DNA from: Chiloscyllium plagiosum
Taxonomy: Eukaryota
Length of the DNA: 64,000 bases
Direction of reading: 5' to 3'
Assembly: GCF_004010195.1 (NCBI RefSeq)
Contig: NC_057714.1
Coordinates: 46,550,558-46,614,557 of the forward strand
The notes under the pieces are model-generated. The model worked only from the letters and a program-made list of their open reading frames with translations. It was not told the DNA's origin and did no database searches. Position 1 is the first letter of the stretch, and every line of letters begins with the position of its first letter. Positions 41,401 through 50,980 of the stretch are shown here, one piece after another. A program made the position numbers and the translations under genes.

Positions 41401-44400
41401 CTAGGGGAGGTGGGAACCTAATCAGTAGTGAGACAAGAGAGAAGGTTGAGGCTGGTACAAAAGTTAAAGAGAGCAAATTACGTAGAAACTACATGCAAGA
41501 ATATGGCAGATAATGAGGGAAGACTGACTAAATTAAACTGCATTTATTTCAATGCAAGACACCTGACATGTAAGGCAGATGAACTCAGGGCATGGATGGG
41601 AACATGGGACTAGGATATCATAGCTATCACGGAAATATGACTGAAGTAGGGATGGGACTGGCAGCTCAATGTTCTGGGGTATAGATGCTACAGGAAGGAT
41701 AGAAGGGGAAGAAGAGAGGAGGGGGACTGGTATTTTTGATTAGGGAAAACATCACAACAATTCCTATACACAATAAATAGAACATTACAACACAGTACAT
41801 GCCCTTCAGCCCTCAATGTTGCGCCAACCTGTGGAACAATCTGAAGCCCATTTATCCAACACTATATCATTCTCATCCGTATGACTATCCAATGACCACT
41901 TAAATGCCCTTAAAGTTGGTGAGTCTACTACTGTTGCAGGCAATGTGTTCCATACCCCTCATTCTCGCTGAGTAACAAGCTACCTCTGGCATCTGTCCTA
42001 TATCTATCACTCCTCAACTTAAAGCTATGTTCCCTCGTGCTAGTCATCACCATCTGAAGAAAAAAGGCTCTCCCTGTCCACCCTATCTAACCCTCTGATT
42101 ATCTTATATGTCTCAGTTAAGTCACCACTCAACCTTCTTCTCTCTAATAAAAATAGCCTCAAGTCCCTCAGCCTTTCCTCATAAGACCTTCCCTCCATAC
42201 CAGGCAACATCCTAGTAAATCTCCTCTGAACCCTTTCCAAAGCTTCCACATCCTTCCAATAATGCAGTAATGTACACAATACTCCAAGTGCGGCCGCACC
42301 AAAGAGTTTTGTACAGCTGCAGCATGACCTCATGGTTCTGAAACTCAATCCCTCTACCAATAAAAGCTAACACACCCTATGGCAATCCTATCAACCTGAG
42401 TGGCAACTTTCAGGGATCTATGTACATGGACATCGAGATGTCTCTGCTCACCTACACTATCAAGGATCTTACCATTAGCCCAGTACTCTTTTTTTCCTGT
42501 TGTTCCTTCCAAAGTGAATCACCTCACACTTTTCCGCATTAAACTCCATTTGAGGAACTTGAAGGACTTTTGCTTGAAATGTCATTTTTCCTGCTCCTTG
42601 AATGCTGCTGTGCTTTTCCAGCACCACTCTAATCTAGACCAGTCGACTGGAGGATGCTGTTTGCAGGTAAAGGGATGGCTGACAAGTGGGAGGCTTTCAA
42701 AAGCAAGATAACAAAAGCTCAGGGACAGCATGTTCCTATTAGTGTGAAGGGCAAGGCTGTCAGGAGTAGGCAACAGTGGATGATTAGAAATACTGAGGCT
42801 CTGCTCAGGAACAAGGAATATGTCTGGTATAGCCAGTTGGGATCAAGTGAATCCCTTGACGAGTGTAGGGAATGTAGGAGTACACTTAGGGGGGAAAGCA
42901 GAAGGGCAAAAAGAGAACATGAAATAGCTTTGGCAGATAAGGTAAAGGAGAATCCAAAGAGATTTGACAAGTATATTAAGGGCAAATAAGTAACTCAGGA
43001 GAGAATAGGGCATCTTAACAATCAATGAAGCCATGTATGTGTGGAGTGATATGAGATGGGTGAGGTCCTAAACAAACATTTTGCTTCAGCATTTAATGTG
43101 GAGAAAGACATTGTACTTGGGAAAATAAATAGTGATGCCTTGAAAATGACCCTCATTAAAGAAGAGAAGCTGCTGGATATCTTAAAACACAAAGGTAGAT
43201 AAATCCCAGGGGCCTGACCAATTGTATTGCAGGACATTGTGGGAAGCTAGGGAAGAAATTGTGGAGCTCCGAGCAGAACTACTTGTATCACTGGCAGCCA
43301 CAGGTGAGGTGCCAGAAGGTTAATGTTGTATCACTACTTAAGAAAGGCTGCAAGGAAAAACCAAGGAACTACAGACCAGTGAGTCTGACTTCAGTAGTGG
43401 GTATGTTGTTGAATGGGATTCTGAGAAACAGGATCTTTATGTGTGAAAAATCATGTCTCACAATGTTGATTGAGTTTTAGAAGAGTTGACCAAGAACATA
43501 GATGAAGGTAGAGCAATAAACATTTCCTACATTGACTTTAACAAGTTCTGCATGGTAGACGTGTTTGTAAGGTTCGATCACAAGGGATCCAGGGAAAGCT
43601 AGCCAATTGGATACAAAATTGGCATAATGGTAGGAGACAGAGAGTGGTGATGGAGGGTTGTTGTTCAGACTGAAGGCCTGTGACAAACCAGAGTGGGACT
43701 TCCACAGTTAATGGTGGGACCCTGGGGAGTGTTGTTGAACAGAGAGACCAAGGGGTGCACGTACAAAATTCCTTGAAAGTGGTGTCACAGGTAGACAGGG
43801 TGGTGTCAAAGGCATTTGGAATACTTGCCTTCGTTGTGTACAGGAGTTCAATTGTCACATTACAGCTATACAGACATCGGTAAGGCCACATTTGGAGTAC
43901 AGTGTATAGTTTTGGTCACCCTGCTATAGAAAGGATGCTATTAAACTGAAAAGGGTGCAAAACAAAAGCTTTACAAGGATGCTACCAAGACTGGAGGGTT
44001 TGAGTTATAAGGGGAGGCTGGATAGGCTGGAGTTTTTTTACTGGAGCATAGGAAGCTTAGGGGTGACCTTAAAGAGGTCTACAAAATCAGGAGGAGCATA
44101 GATAAGATGAATAGCCATGGTCTTTTCCCCAGGGTAGAGAGTCCAAAACTGGAGTGTATAGGGTTTAACATTTCAAGTCCGGTGACTCTTTATCAAAATT
44201 AATTATTCAGATGAAGAGTCACCAGACTTGAAATGTTAACTCTGTTTCTTCTCACAGATGCTGCCAGATGTGCTGAATTTCACCAGCAATTTCTGTTTTT
44301 GTTTCAGATCTCCAGCATCCACAGTTCTCTGTTTTACATTAATCATGCAACCAAACTCAACTTATGGAATGAACCTGACACTGCACTGAAGGTAACGCAG

Positions 44401-45854
44401 AGCATGCTGGAAAAACTTAGCAGGTCAGGCAGCATCTGAGGACTCAGAATGCATTTCTCTCCATGGAAGCTTCCAGACCTGCTGAGTTTCTCCAGCATTC
44501 TCTGTCTTGGTTTCAAATGTCCAGCATCTACAGTATTCCCCTTTACTACTACACTGAACATAAATGTCACGTGATTTAGAATGGGATCACAGAATCTGAC
44601 AGTGTGTAAGCACACCATTGGAGTCCACAACACCCTTCCAAAGAACATCCCACCCAGACCCCTACCCTGTCCCTATATCCCTGCATTTTCCCATGGCCAA
44701 TTTCCCATAACCTGCAAATCTTTGGACAGTGGGAGAAAACCCATGCAGACACAGGGAGAACATGCAAACTCCAAACAGACAGTCACCCGAGGCTGGAATC
44801 AAACCCAGGTCACTGGTGCTGTGAGGCAGCAGTTCTAACCACTAAGCCACCGAGCCACCCATTTGCCCATTTGTCCACCTACATGGGGAAACTCTTCAGT
44901 ATTTTATTGCAACTTAATGTCACAGAACATAGCGAGGTAACTATATCCATATATAAAGTAAGAAACCTTTAGAAGTATTCAGGTGATGTTACATGTTCCC
45001 AGACCAGTTTGCTACTGGGATTGACTGAATTACAACGTTTTGTAACAAATACAGTTTTTGTTTTTGGAAAAAACATTGTAAATCTTAGTTTTTTTCCAGT
45101 GAAGTCTTATTACATTTCTCTGAACTACCTTGTGATTTTACTGGGGTTTTTTCTACATTAAAGGAATAAGCAAATGCAAGCTGTTGATATTGATTAAAGA
45201 TTGTCTCAATAGACTACGATTGTGGTGTTAGCTACAAACAGTTGGAGATACATTACTTAGATATTAGAATTCAGTCAGAAAGTAACGGAACTCAGAAATC
45301 TCAGATTGCAGGCCAGGTTTTATCTAACAAAATATCATTGCAGGTATATTTTTTATTTGACGTATTTATGTATTGTATACTTTTACTAAGAGGTAGGCCA
45401 AAATCACCCTGAATAACACAGACTATAATCCTTTTACAGGAAATTACTTTTCCGTTTCACAGCAGCTTATTTTGTCATTAAACACATCATCCCTCACTTA
45501 TTATCCACAATTCAAAGGGATTTCTAAAATAAATGTTGGGTTTTATGATGTCGCTTAAGAACTATTTCTATTTTAAGAACTTTTAGTCCTTATTTTCAGA
45601 ATTGCAGTCTTTCTAATTTGAATTAACTAACTTTTGTGCATTGCCATTTTTGGTAACAACGCTGTCATATTGTGGGGGGGAATGCAACTTCCAAAAAAGC
45701 AATCATTTCCATCTGAGAAGACAATGTTCATCTAGAAAAACGCGGACGTGGGATTAAACTACTTACTGCTCAGGTAGAAAGCACAGTTCAGCCCCTGTGA
45801 GGAAACACAGCGAATGACGAACGGCACCAACAGGACGGCCGCAATAAAGAACAT
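2293..45854 (-). CDS. Multi-exon secreted Link-mucin-CUB-SRCR-2x Caspr-type fibrinogen-like domain protein (14 coding exons, about 1523 aa if the single frameshift in exon 2 is corrected)
   Basis: Manual splice assembly: 45854-45767, 37868-35278, 34420-34195, 32575-32445, 32310-32151, 28666-28527, 27497-27363, 22392-22235, 19786-19660, 17683-17498, 7958-7809, 6324-6170, 4654-4528, 2489-2293. All introns are GT-AG with compatible phases, and domain motifs continue across the junctions. Confidence 0.88.
2919..3179 (-). mobile_element. HE1-type tRNA-derived V-SINE
   Basis: tRNA-like head (tggttagcactgct...gggtttgattcc) and central tgggtttcctctgggtgctctgtttccctcccaca core. Confidence 0.8.
3855..4190 (-). 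mobile_element. HE1-type SINE (degenerate)
   Basis: Same head, core and tail as the other copies. Confidence 0.7.
4528..4654 (-). CDS. Coding exon 13, fibrinogen-like domain 2, part c
   Basis: [42 protein letters not shown]; 127 nt, the same length as exon 9. Confidence 0.92.
4864..5500 (-). mobile_element. Penelope-like element 3' part with GIY-YIG endonuclease
   Basis: ORF 4864-5439 reads [30 protein letters not shown] (GIY-YIG). The terminal repeat has a degenerate hammerhead at about 4904-4943. Confidence 0.88.
5503..5636 (-). mobile_element. Penelope terminal-repeat fragment with a hammerhead-like core
   Basis: Minus strand attc-CTGATGA-agactcctgccc-GAAACGTC-gatt; homologous to the 3' end of the element at 38100-40315. 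Confidence 0.7.
6170..6324 (-). CDS. Coding exon 12, fibrinogen-like domain 2, part b
   Basis: [52 protein letters not shown]; paralogous to exon 8. Confidence 0.9.
7809..7958 (-). CDS. Coding exon 11, fibrinogen-like domain 2, part a
   Basis: [50 protein letters not shown]; paralogous to exon 7. Confidence 0.9.
11980..12905 (+). mobile_element. Second non-LTR family (CR1/L2-group) RT fragment; related pieces at about 1-410, 790-975, 16080-16880 and 29270-29670
   Basis: PDNI.AIVL.ICAPEL..PLA.LFQ and [19 protein letters not shown] motifs. Confidence 0.75.
13048..15690 (-). mobile_element. CR1-clade LINE (HER1-like), 5'-truncated ORF2
   Basis: EN tail [10 protein letters not shown]; RT motifs [36 protein letters not shown] and LERVQKR; (ctatgact)n-type 3' tail. 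Confidence 0.93.
13604..13828. mobile_element. Fold-back Penelope terminal-repeat mini-element inserted in a CR1
   Basis: Inverted arms of about 90 bp around 13694-13700; 14-bp TSD atattccaa(a/c)agtg at 13590-13603 and 13829-13842. Confidence 0.8.
17498..17683 (-). CDS. Coding exon 10, fibrinogen-like domain 1, part d
   Basis: [42 protein letters not shown]...PLHCYGQ shows the Caspr CNCDA...W..D.G.L..K..LPV....GDT motif. Confidence 0.92.
17800..17839 (+). repeat. 19-bp tandem duplication (gtcctaaacataaactaca)x2
   Basis: Directly visible in the sequence. Confidence 0.85.
19660..19786 (-). CDS. Coding exon 9, fibrinogen-like domain 1, part c
   Basis: [42 protein letters not shown] shows the Caspr WWV...WGG...KCACG motif. 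Confidence 0.92.
22235..22392 (-). CDS. Coding exon 8, fibrinogen-like domain 1, part b
   Basis: [53 protein letters not shown]; acceptor ttttttaag|, donor |gtaagt. Confidence 0.9.
22880..24265 (+). mobile_element. Older CR1 LINE, RT and 3' fragment
   Basis: [30 protein letters not shown] and [13 protein letters not shown], interrupted by stops and frameshifts. Confidence 0.85.
24300..26275 (+). mobile_element. CR1 LINE ORF2 fragment (HER1-like) interrupted by an HE1 SINE
   Basis: ORFs 24823-26279 carry CR1 RT motifs and are highly similar to 13048-15690. Confidence 0.92.
24433..24750 (-). mobile_element. HE1-type SINE, well preserved
   Basis: Head ggcacagtggttagcactgctgcctcacagcgcc, V-domain core, HER1-like tail and taatc repeats. 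Confidence 0.88.
27363..27497 (-). CDS. Coding exon 7, Caspr-type fibrinogen-like domain 1, part a
   Basis: [39 protein letters not shown] shows the SC...IDPDG...V.C.M motif; donor CAG|gttagt. Confidence 0.9.
28125..28352 (-). mobile_element. Second tRNA-headed SINE family (another copy at about 46940-47140)
   Basis: The two copies share gtagtttaac...tcaccaca...gagtccttcat.gtaacctcagc and a tRNA-like head on the minus strand. Confidence 0.55.
28527..28666 (-). CDS. Coding exon 6, SRCR domain C-terminal half
   Basis: ...[35 protein letters not shown]; acceptor ctctctctcag|, donor G|gtgagt. Confidence 0.88.
31255..31937 (+). mobile_element. CR1 LINE 3' end
   Basis: [19 protein letters not shown]...WNELPEEVV; tail ctatgactctatgactct. 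Confidence 0.9.
32151..32310 (-). CDS. Coding exon 5, SRCR domain N-terminal half (an alternative phase-2 donor would end the exon at 32139)
   Basis: [48 protein letters not shown] fits the SRCR pattern WGxVC..W...A.VVCRQLG. Not present in the ORF track. Confidence 0.85.
32445..32575 (-). CDS. Coding exon 4, CUB domain C-terminal part
   Basis: [37 protein letters not shown]; phases 2 and 1. Confidence 0.9.
34195..34420 (-). CDS. Coding exon 3, CUB domain N-terminal part
   Basis: [33 protein letters not shown]...[11 protein letters not shown]...MGR; ag| acceptor and |gtaag donor, phases 1 and 2. Confidence 0.93.
34545..34875 (-). mobile_element. Third SINE-like family (copies at about 21000-21340 and 61245-61530)
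   Basis: The copies share cagatttccttccct...tgaaccagatg...ttcactatctgcca blocks; the tail resembles the second LINE family. Confidence 0.55.
35278..37868 (-). CDS. Coding exon 2 (2591 nt): Link/Xlink module followed by a long Ser/Thr-rich mucin/GAG-like region, with a frameshift at about 36640-36766
   Basis: Acceptor ctttgctgtag|GG. Translation [25 protein letters not shown]...[15 protein letters not shown]...[27 protein letters not shown]. ORFs 36637-37800 and 35270-36715 overlap in different frames. Donor CCAG|gtaagt. Confidence 0.85.
38100..40315 (-). mobile_element. Degenerate Penelope-like retroelement (RT, GIY-YIG and terminal repeat) spanning the assembly gap
   Basis: Frameshifted RT motifs [29 protein letters not shown] and LCYIDD; endonuclease tail PVANHFNS; terminal repeat with CTGATGA at about 38216-38223. 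Confidence 0.87.
39047..39280. other. Assembly gap (234 N)
   Basis: Run of N; the sequence polyG-ttctg(t/c)ccttgatg appears on both sides. Confidence 0.99.
40825..44165 (+). mobile_element. Degenerate near-full-length CR1 (ORF1 esterase-like remnant, EN, RT) with nested insertions
   Basis: ggggactct...gtgtgttgcctcc (GDS...CCL ORF1 motif), CIYFNAR..KADEL (EN start), and RT motifs to about 44160. A nested opposite-strand CR1 3' end occupies about 41775-42550. Confidence 0.75.
44165..44335. mobile_element. Older fold-back Penelope-type repeat (third family; related copies at about 3748-3850, 44400-44540 and 46600-46840)
   Basis: Short inverted arm around cagatgaagagtcaccagacttgaaatgttaac, followed by the gatgctgccagacctgctg...ccagcatc-type tail. 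Confidence 0.6.
44577..44860 (-). mobile_element. HE1-type SINE
   Basis: Same family motifs. Confidence 0.72.
45767..45854 (-). CDS. Coding exon 1, signal peptide [29 protein letters not shown]
   Basis: ATG followed by a hydrophobic core and a VSS-Q cleavage-like site. Donor A|gtaagt is phase 1, matching the Link exon. An acceptor (tttttcttcaccag) lies 2 nt upstream of the ATG. Confidence 0.8.
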
Positions 45855-47805
45855 ATCTGGTGAAGAAAAACAATCTCAATAAAGACCGGATGGGTACAGT
45901 GTGTGGAACGTGACTACATCAACAGTAATTCGTTTTGCCTGTATCATGCGCAGATGCATTTTCGTTCAGGAGTGTCAAGGAGCAAATGTGGAATCCTGAA
46001 ATAGCACTAACCTGAACAATTCCTCTCTCAAAGGTAACTTCTGGAAGAAACGATTGCTCAGCACAAAGCTCTGACTGACTGTGTTCAGACACTGTAGTGC
46101 TGCTGTTCAGGAAGGAAGGGGCAGCTTGAAGAAACCGCGGTTCCCTCAGGATCATCACCCTGAGATGAACTCGGAATGGACTGTGGGGGTGTATGGGCTG
46201 AACAACTTTCAACTCCCACTCACATTCATTCGCTGCACGGATTCAAATATGACACAGGGGAGTGAGAGAAGGAATAAAATTATCCCAGCCACCAATAATA
46301 AGGGCAATTTCTTTTTTTAAAAAGTTTTATTTATTTCCTTCTGAATTTTAGTTCCCTATTTTGTTTTTAAAAGAAAAAGTGACCGAGAAACTACGGACAC
46401 TGTTCCTGTTAGTCGAAGTTTCCTATCAACTCTGTCACTGAGGGACAGTTTCTAACCCTAATGGGTAAATAAAGCAAAATTCCACATCTGTCGCCCCTTC
46501 CTTAACATGTTCTGACAGTAAGTTGGGCTTTGTTCTACAGGCTGTTAACTTGTTTAAGACGTTTTATCAAGAAGGCCGAAACAACATTTTGAAGAAGATT
46601 AAAACAGAAATTACTGGAGAAACACAGCAGGTCTGGCAGCATCTGTGCAGGGAAAACAGAGTTAACATTTCAGGTCCAGTGACCCTTCTTCAAAACTGAA
46701 ACTCTAGCTGCATTCAGATGGTTCGGAAGAAGGGTCACTGGACCAAATATCGACAGAGCTTTCTCTCCACGGAGGTTGCCAGACCTGCTGTATTTCCCCA
46801 GCAATTTCTGTGGGAGTTTTTGTTTCAGATTTCCAACACCCCAGTTCCTTTTTTTTAAACTTAAAGATGATAGTAGATTATGTGACCAAGGCTTCCAGCC
46901 CATTTATTAATTCCACAATTTGCTTTGCCAGAAATAAATATAAAGGCACCAAGAGCAACTCTTACATTAGAGAGAAACAATGGGTGGTAGTTTAACGCCG
47001 GGTCACCACAGCTCAGGCAAGGGAAGAAGTTTAGAAGGAGAGTCCCTCATGGTAACCTCAGCCTGAGTGGAGATTGGAATTCATGTGGTTAGACATTAAC
47101 TCTACATAGGATGCTAGCCATCCAACCAACTGAGCTAAGAAGTGAGGACTAAGGGAACAGGGACGAAAACCAGACTCAGCAAAAATGCAATCATTGAAAT
47201 TAAACATTTAGAAATGAATAACATTATTTAACTCACCCCATCATTTAGACGGAAGTGGGTATTGCAGATGCTGGAGATTAGAGACAACTTTATAGTGGTG
47301 CTGGAAAAGCACAGCTGGTCAGACAGCCTCCGAGGAGCAGGAAATAACGATTCTAATCTTGACTCTCCCCATCATTTGATCATTGATATTTAAGGTGTTG
47401 AAGCAACAGCAGCTAAGGAATGATAATTTTAATAGTCAGTTGTAAATACTGTATTGTATTATTAGAAAGTCATCAATGTTGGGTTTGGGGTTTTTGTACA
47501 CTTACTTTTAGGTTCATTTTGAAATCTCACTCAAGATCATTTTATTGTTATGGACCAGGCCAGACGCCACCGCCCAACCCACCCAAAAAAAAATTTCAAG
47601 AAGGTAGTCCAGACCCATATCCCAGGAGGGATGCAGCTGGTCAAACCACTTAGTTTCAAACAAAACAGAGTTTACTTGCAAGATTACACAATGAAACACG
47701 AACAAAAGAGAACAGAATATCGAACCTATCTGAAAAACCAACAGATCATCCCAACTTAAAGATGCTGTTCCAAATAGCTGCAACATTCCCCATAAACACC
47801 CCTTG

Positions 47806-49449
47806 GGACCACGTTTGCCAACCTCCAGTCTTCCGGCACCTCACCTGTGACTATCGATGATACAAATATCTCAGTAAGAGGCCCAGCAATCACTTCCCTA
47901 GCTTCCCACAGAGTTCTCGGGCACACCTGATCAGGTCCTGGGGATTTATCCACCTTTAATTATTTCAAGGCATCCAGCACTTCCTCCTCTGTAATCTGGA
48001 CATTTTGCAAGATGTCACCATCTATTTCCCTACAGTCTATATCTTCCATATCCTTTTCCACAGTAAATACTGATGCAAAATATTCATTTAGTATCTCCCC
48101 TATTTTCTGTGGCTCCACACAAAGGCTGCCTTGCGGATCTTTGAGGGGCCCTATTCTTTCCCTAGTTACCCTTTTGTCCTTAATATATTTGAAAAAAATC
48201 CTTTGGATTCTCCTTAATTGTATTTGACAATGCTATCTCATGTCCCCGTTTTGTGCTCCTGATTTCCCTCTTAAGTATACTCCTACTTTCTTTATACTCT
48301 TCTAAGGATTCACTCGTTCTATCCTGTCTATACCTGACATATGCTTCCTTCTTTTTCTTAACCAAACCCTCAATTTCTTTAGTCATCCAGCATTCCCTAT
48401 ACCTACCAGTCTTCCCTTTCACCCTGACAGGAATAAACTTTCTCTGGATTCTTGTTATCTCATTTCTAAAGGCTTCTCATTTTTCAGCATGATTTAGATG
48501 CGAGCATAAGCGATGCAGTTAGTAAGTTTTCAGATGACACCAAATTGGAGGTGTAGTGGACAGCGAAGAGGGTTACCTCAGATTACAACAGGATCTGGAC
48601 CAGATGGGCCAATGGGCTGAGAAGTGGCAGATAGAGTTTAATTCAGATAAATGCACAGTGCTGCATTTTGGGAAAGCAAATCTCAGCAGAACTTATACAC
48701 TTAATGGTAAGGTCCTAGGGAGTGTTGCTGAACAGAGAGACCTTGGAGTGCAAGTTCATAGCTCCTTGAAAATGGAGTCGCAGGTAGATAGGATAGTGAA
48801 GAAGGCGTTTGGTATGCTTTCCCTTATTGGTCAGAGTATTGAGTACAGGAGTTGGGAGGTCATGTTACGGCTGTACAGGACATTGGTTAGGCTACTGTTG
48901 GAATATTGTGTGCAATTCTGGTCTCCTTCCTTTCGGAAAGATGTTGTGAAACTTGAAAGGGTTCAGAAAAGATTTACAAGGATGTTGCCAGGGTTGAAGG
49001 ATCTGAGCTACAGGGAGAGGCTGAACAGGCTGGGGCTGTTTTCCCTGGAGCGTCAGAGGCTGAGGGGCCTTATAGAGGTTTACAAAATTATGATGGGCAT
49101 AGATAGGATAAATAGACAAAGTCTTTTCCCTGGGGTCGGGGAGTCCAGAACTAGAGGGCATAGGTTTAGGGTGAGAGGGCAAAGATATAAAAGAGACCTA
49201 AGGGGCAACCTTTTCATGCAGAGGGTGGTATGTGTATGGAATGAGCTGCCAGAGGATGTGGTGGAAACTGGTACAATTGCAGCATTTAAGAGGCATTTGG
49301 ATGGGTACATGAATAGGAAGGGTTTGGAGGGATATGGGCCAGGTGCTGGCAGGTGGGACTAGATTGGGTTGGGATATCTGGTCAGCATGGACGGGTTGGA
49401 CCGAGGGTCTGTTTCCATGGCTGTACATCTCTATGACTCTATGACTCTA
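47806..49449. mobile_element. CR1 insertion with an inverted 5' part (47806-48488 on -, about 48490-49449 on +)
   Basis: An upstream ORF2 segment on the minus strand abuts the RT/3' UTR segment on the plus strand; the flanks belong to an LTR-like repeat (about 47546-47805 and 49450-49721). Confidence 0.82.
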
Positions 49450-49869
49450 TGGCACAAAAGATAAAATCAAACACAGGGTCTTACAGGATAGGTGTCACAG
49501 AGAGAGGATCAGCAGTGATCTGCTTCTTTGGGTCCAGCAGCTTCAAAACTGCCTGACTGCTTTCAGTGAATAACCAGACCAAACCAAACCAGAGAAAAGC
49601 TGAAGTGGGAGAATTGGCAAATCTCCTTTCAATGTACAAGTGTTTTTAAATTTAAAAGCCTTTTTTTCCATTGTGCTAATACCTACAGTCTATATCTGAA
49701 AGATTCCAAAAGGATGTAACAACTGAGTTCTCCATCTTCTTTAACACCACAGAGTTTCAATTAATTCAATTAAGCTGCTTGAAATGACTGTGGTCCAAGG
49801 TAGGTTTCTAAAGTTTCTGATATCTATTCCAAAAGAGTGTCTCCTTCTCAGAATCTAACTCCAGCTAAG

Positions 49870-50310
49870 CAAGGGTTGGAGGATTTGAGCTATAGGGAGA
49901 GGCTGAGTAGGCTGGGGCTGTTTTCTCTGGAGCGTTGGAGGCTGAGGGGTGACCTCATAGAGGTTTATAAAATCATAAGGGGTATGGATAAGATAAACAG
50001 ACAAGGTCTTTTCCCTGGGATGGGGTAATCCAGAACTAGAGGGCACAGTTTCAAGATATAAAAGGAACCTAAGGGGCAACTTTTTCACACAGAAGGTGGC
50101 GCATGTATGGAATGAACTGCCAGAGGAAGTGGTGGAAGCTGGTACAATTACAGCATTTAAAAGGCACCTGGGTGGGTATATAAATAGGAAGGGATATGGG
50201 CCAAGTGCTGGTAATTGGGACTAGATTAGGTTGGGATAATTGTTTGGCATGGACGAGTTGGACCAAAGGGTCTGTTTCTGTGCTGTATATCACTATGACT
50301 CTATGACTCT
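49870..50310 (+). mobile_element. CR1 3' end
   Basis: [11 protein letters not shown]...GDLIEVYKI; ctatgactct tail. Confidence 0.88.
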
Positions 50311-50412
50311 AAGACCAGAAACCTTTAGCATAATCTAAGAGTTTGCAAACATATGCTGAACAGGGAGTTTTCCATTGAATTTGCAATATTTTAGTCTTAT
50401 AAAGTCCATGAT

Positions 50413-50980
50413 ATAGAGTCATAGAGTCATACAGATGTACAGCCATGGAAGCAGACCCTTCGGTCCAACCCGTCCATGCTGACCAGAGATCCCAACCCAA
50501 TCTAGTCCCACCTGCCAGCACCCGGCCCACATCCCTCCAAACACTTCCTATTTATCTACCCATCCAGATGCCTTTTAAATGTTGCAATTGTACCAGCCTC
50601 CACCACTTCCTCTGACAACACATTCCATACACATACCACCCTCTGCATGAAAAAGTTGCCCCTTAGGTCTCTTTTATATCTTTCCCTCTCACCTTAAACC
50701 TATGCCCTCTAGTTCTGGACTCCCCCAGCCCAGGGAAAAATACTTTGTCTATTTATCCTATCCATGCCCTTCATGATTTTACAAACCTCTATAAGGTCAC
50801 CCCTCAGCCTCCGACGCTCCAGGGAAAACAGCCCCAGGCTATCCAACCTCTCTCTGTATCTCAAATCCTCCGACCTTGGCAACATCCTTGTAAATCTTTT
50901 CCGAACTCTTTCAAATTTCACAACATTTTTCCGATAGGAAGGAGACCAGAAATGCACGCAATATTCCAAAAGTGGCTTAA
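50413..50980 (-). mobile_element. CR1 3' end
   Basis: [13 protein letters not shown]...GDLIEVCKIM; tail on the minus strand. Confidence 0.88.

Noticed and set aside
48556-49362. Long ORFs (268, 229, 224, 191 and 183 aa) as host genes
   Set aside because: All are fragments of CR1 ORF2 or the Penelope endonuclease, with frameshifts and stops in the flanking sequence.
47546-49721. Solo LTR (tgtta...taaca) split by the inverted CR1
   Set aside because: The termini are suggestive, but I found no matching TSD and no second copy to confirm the boundaries, so it is not listed as a separate feature.
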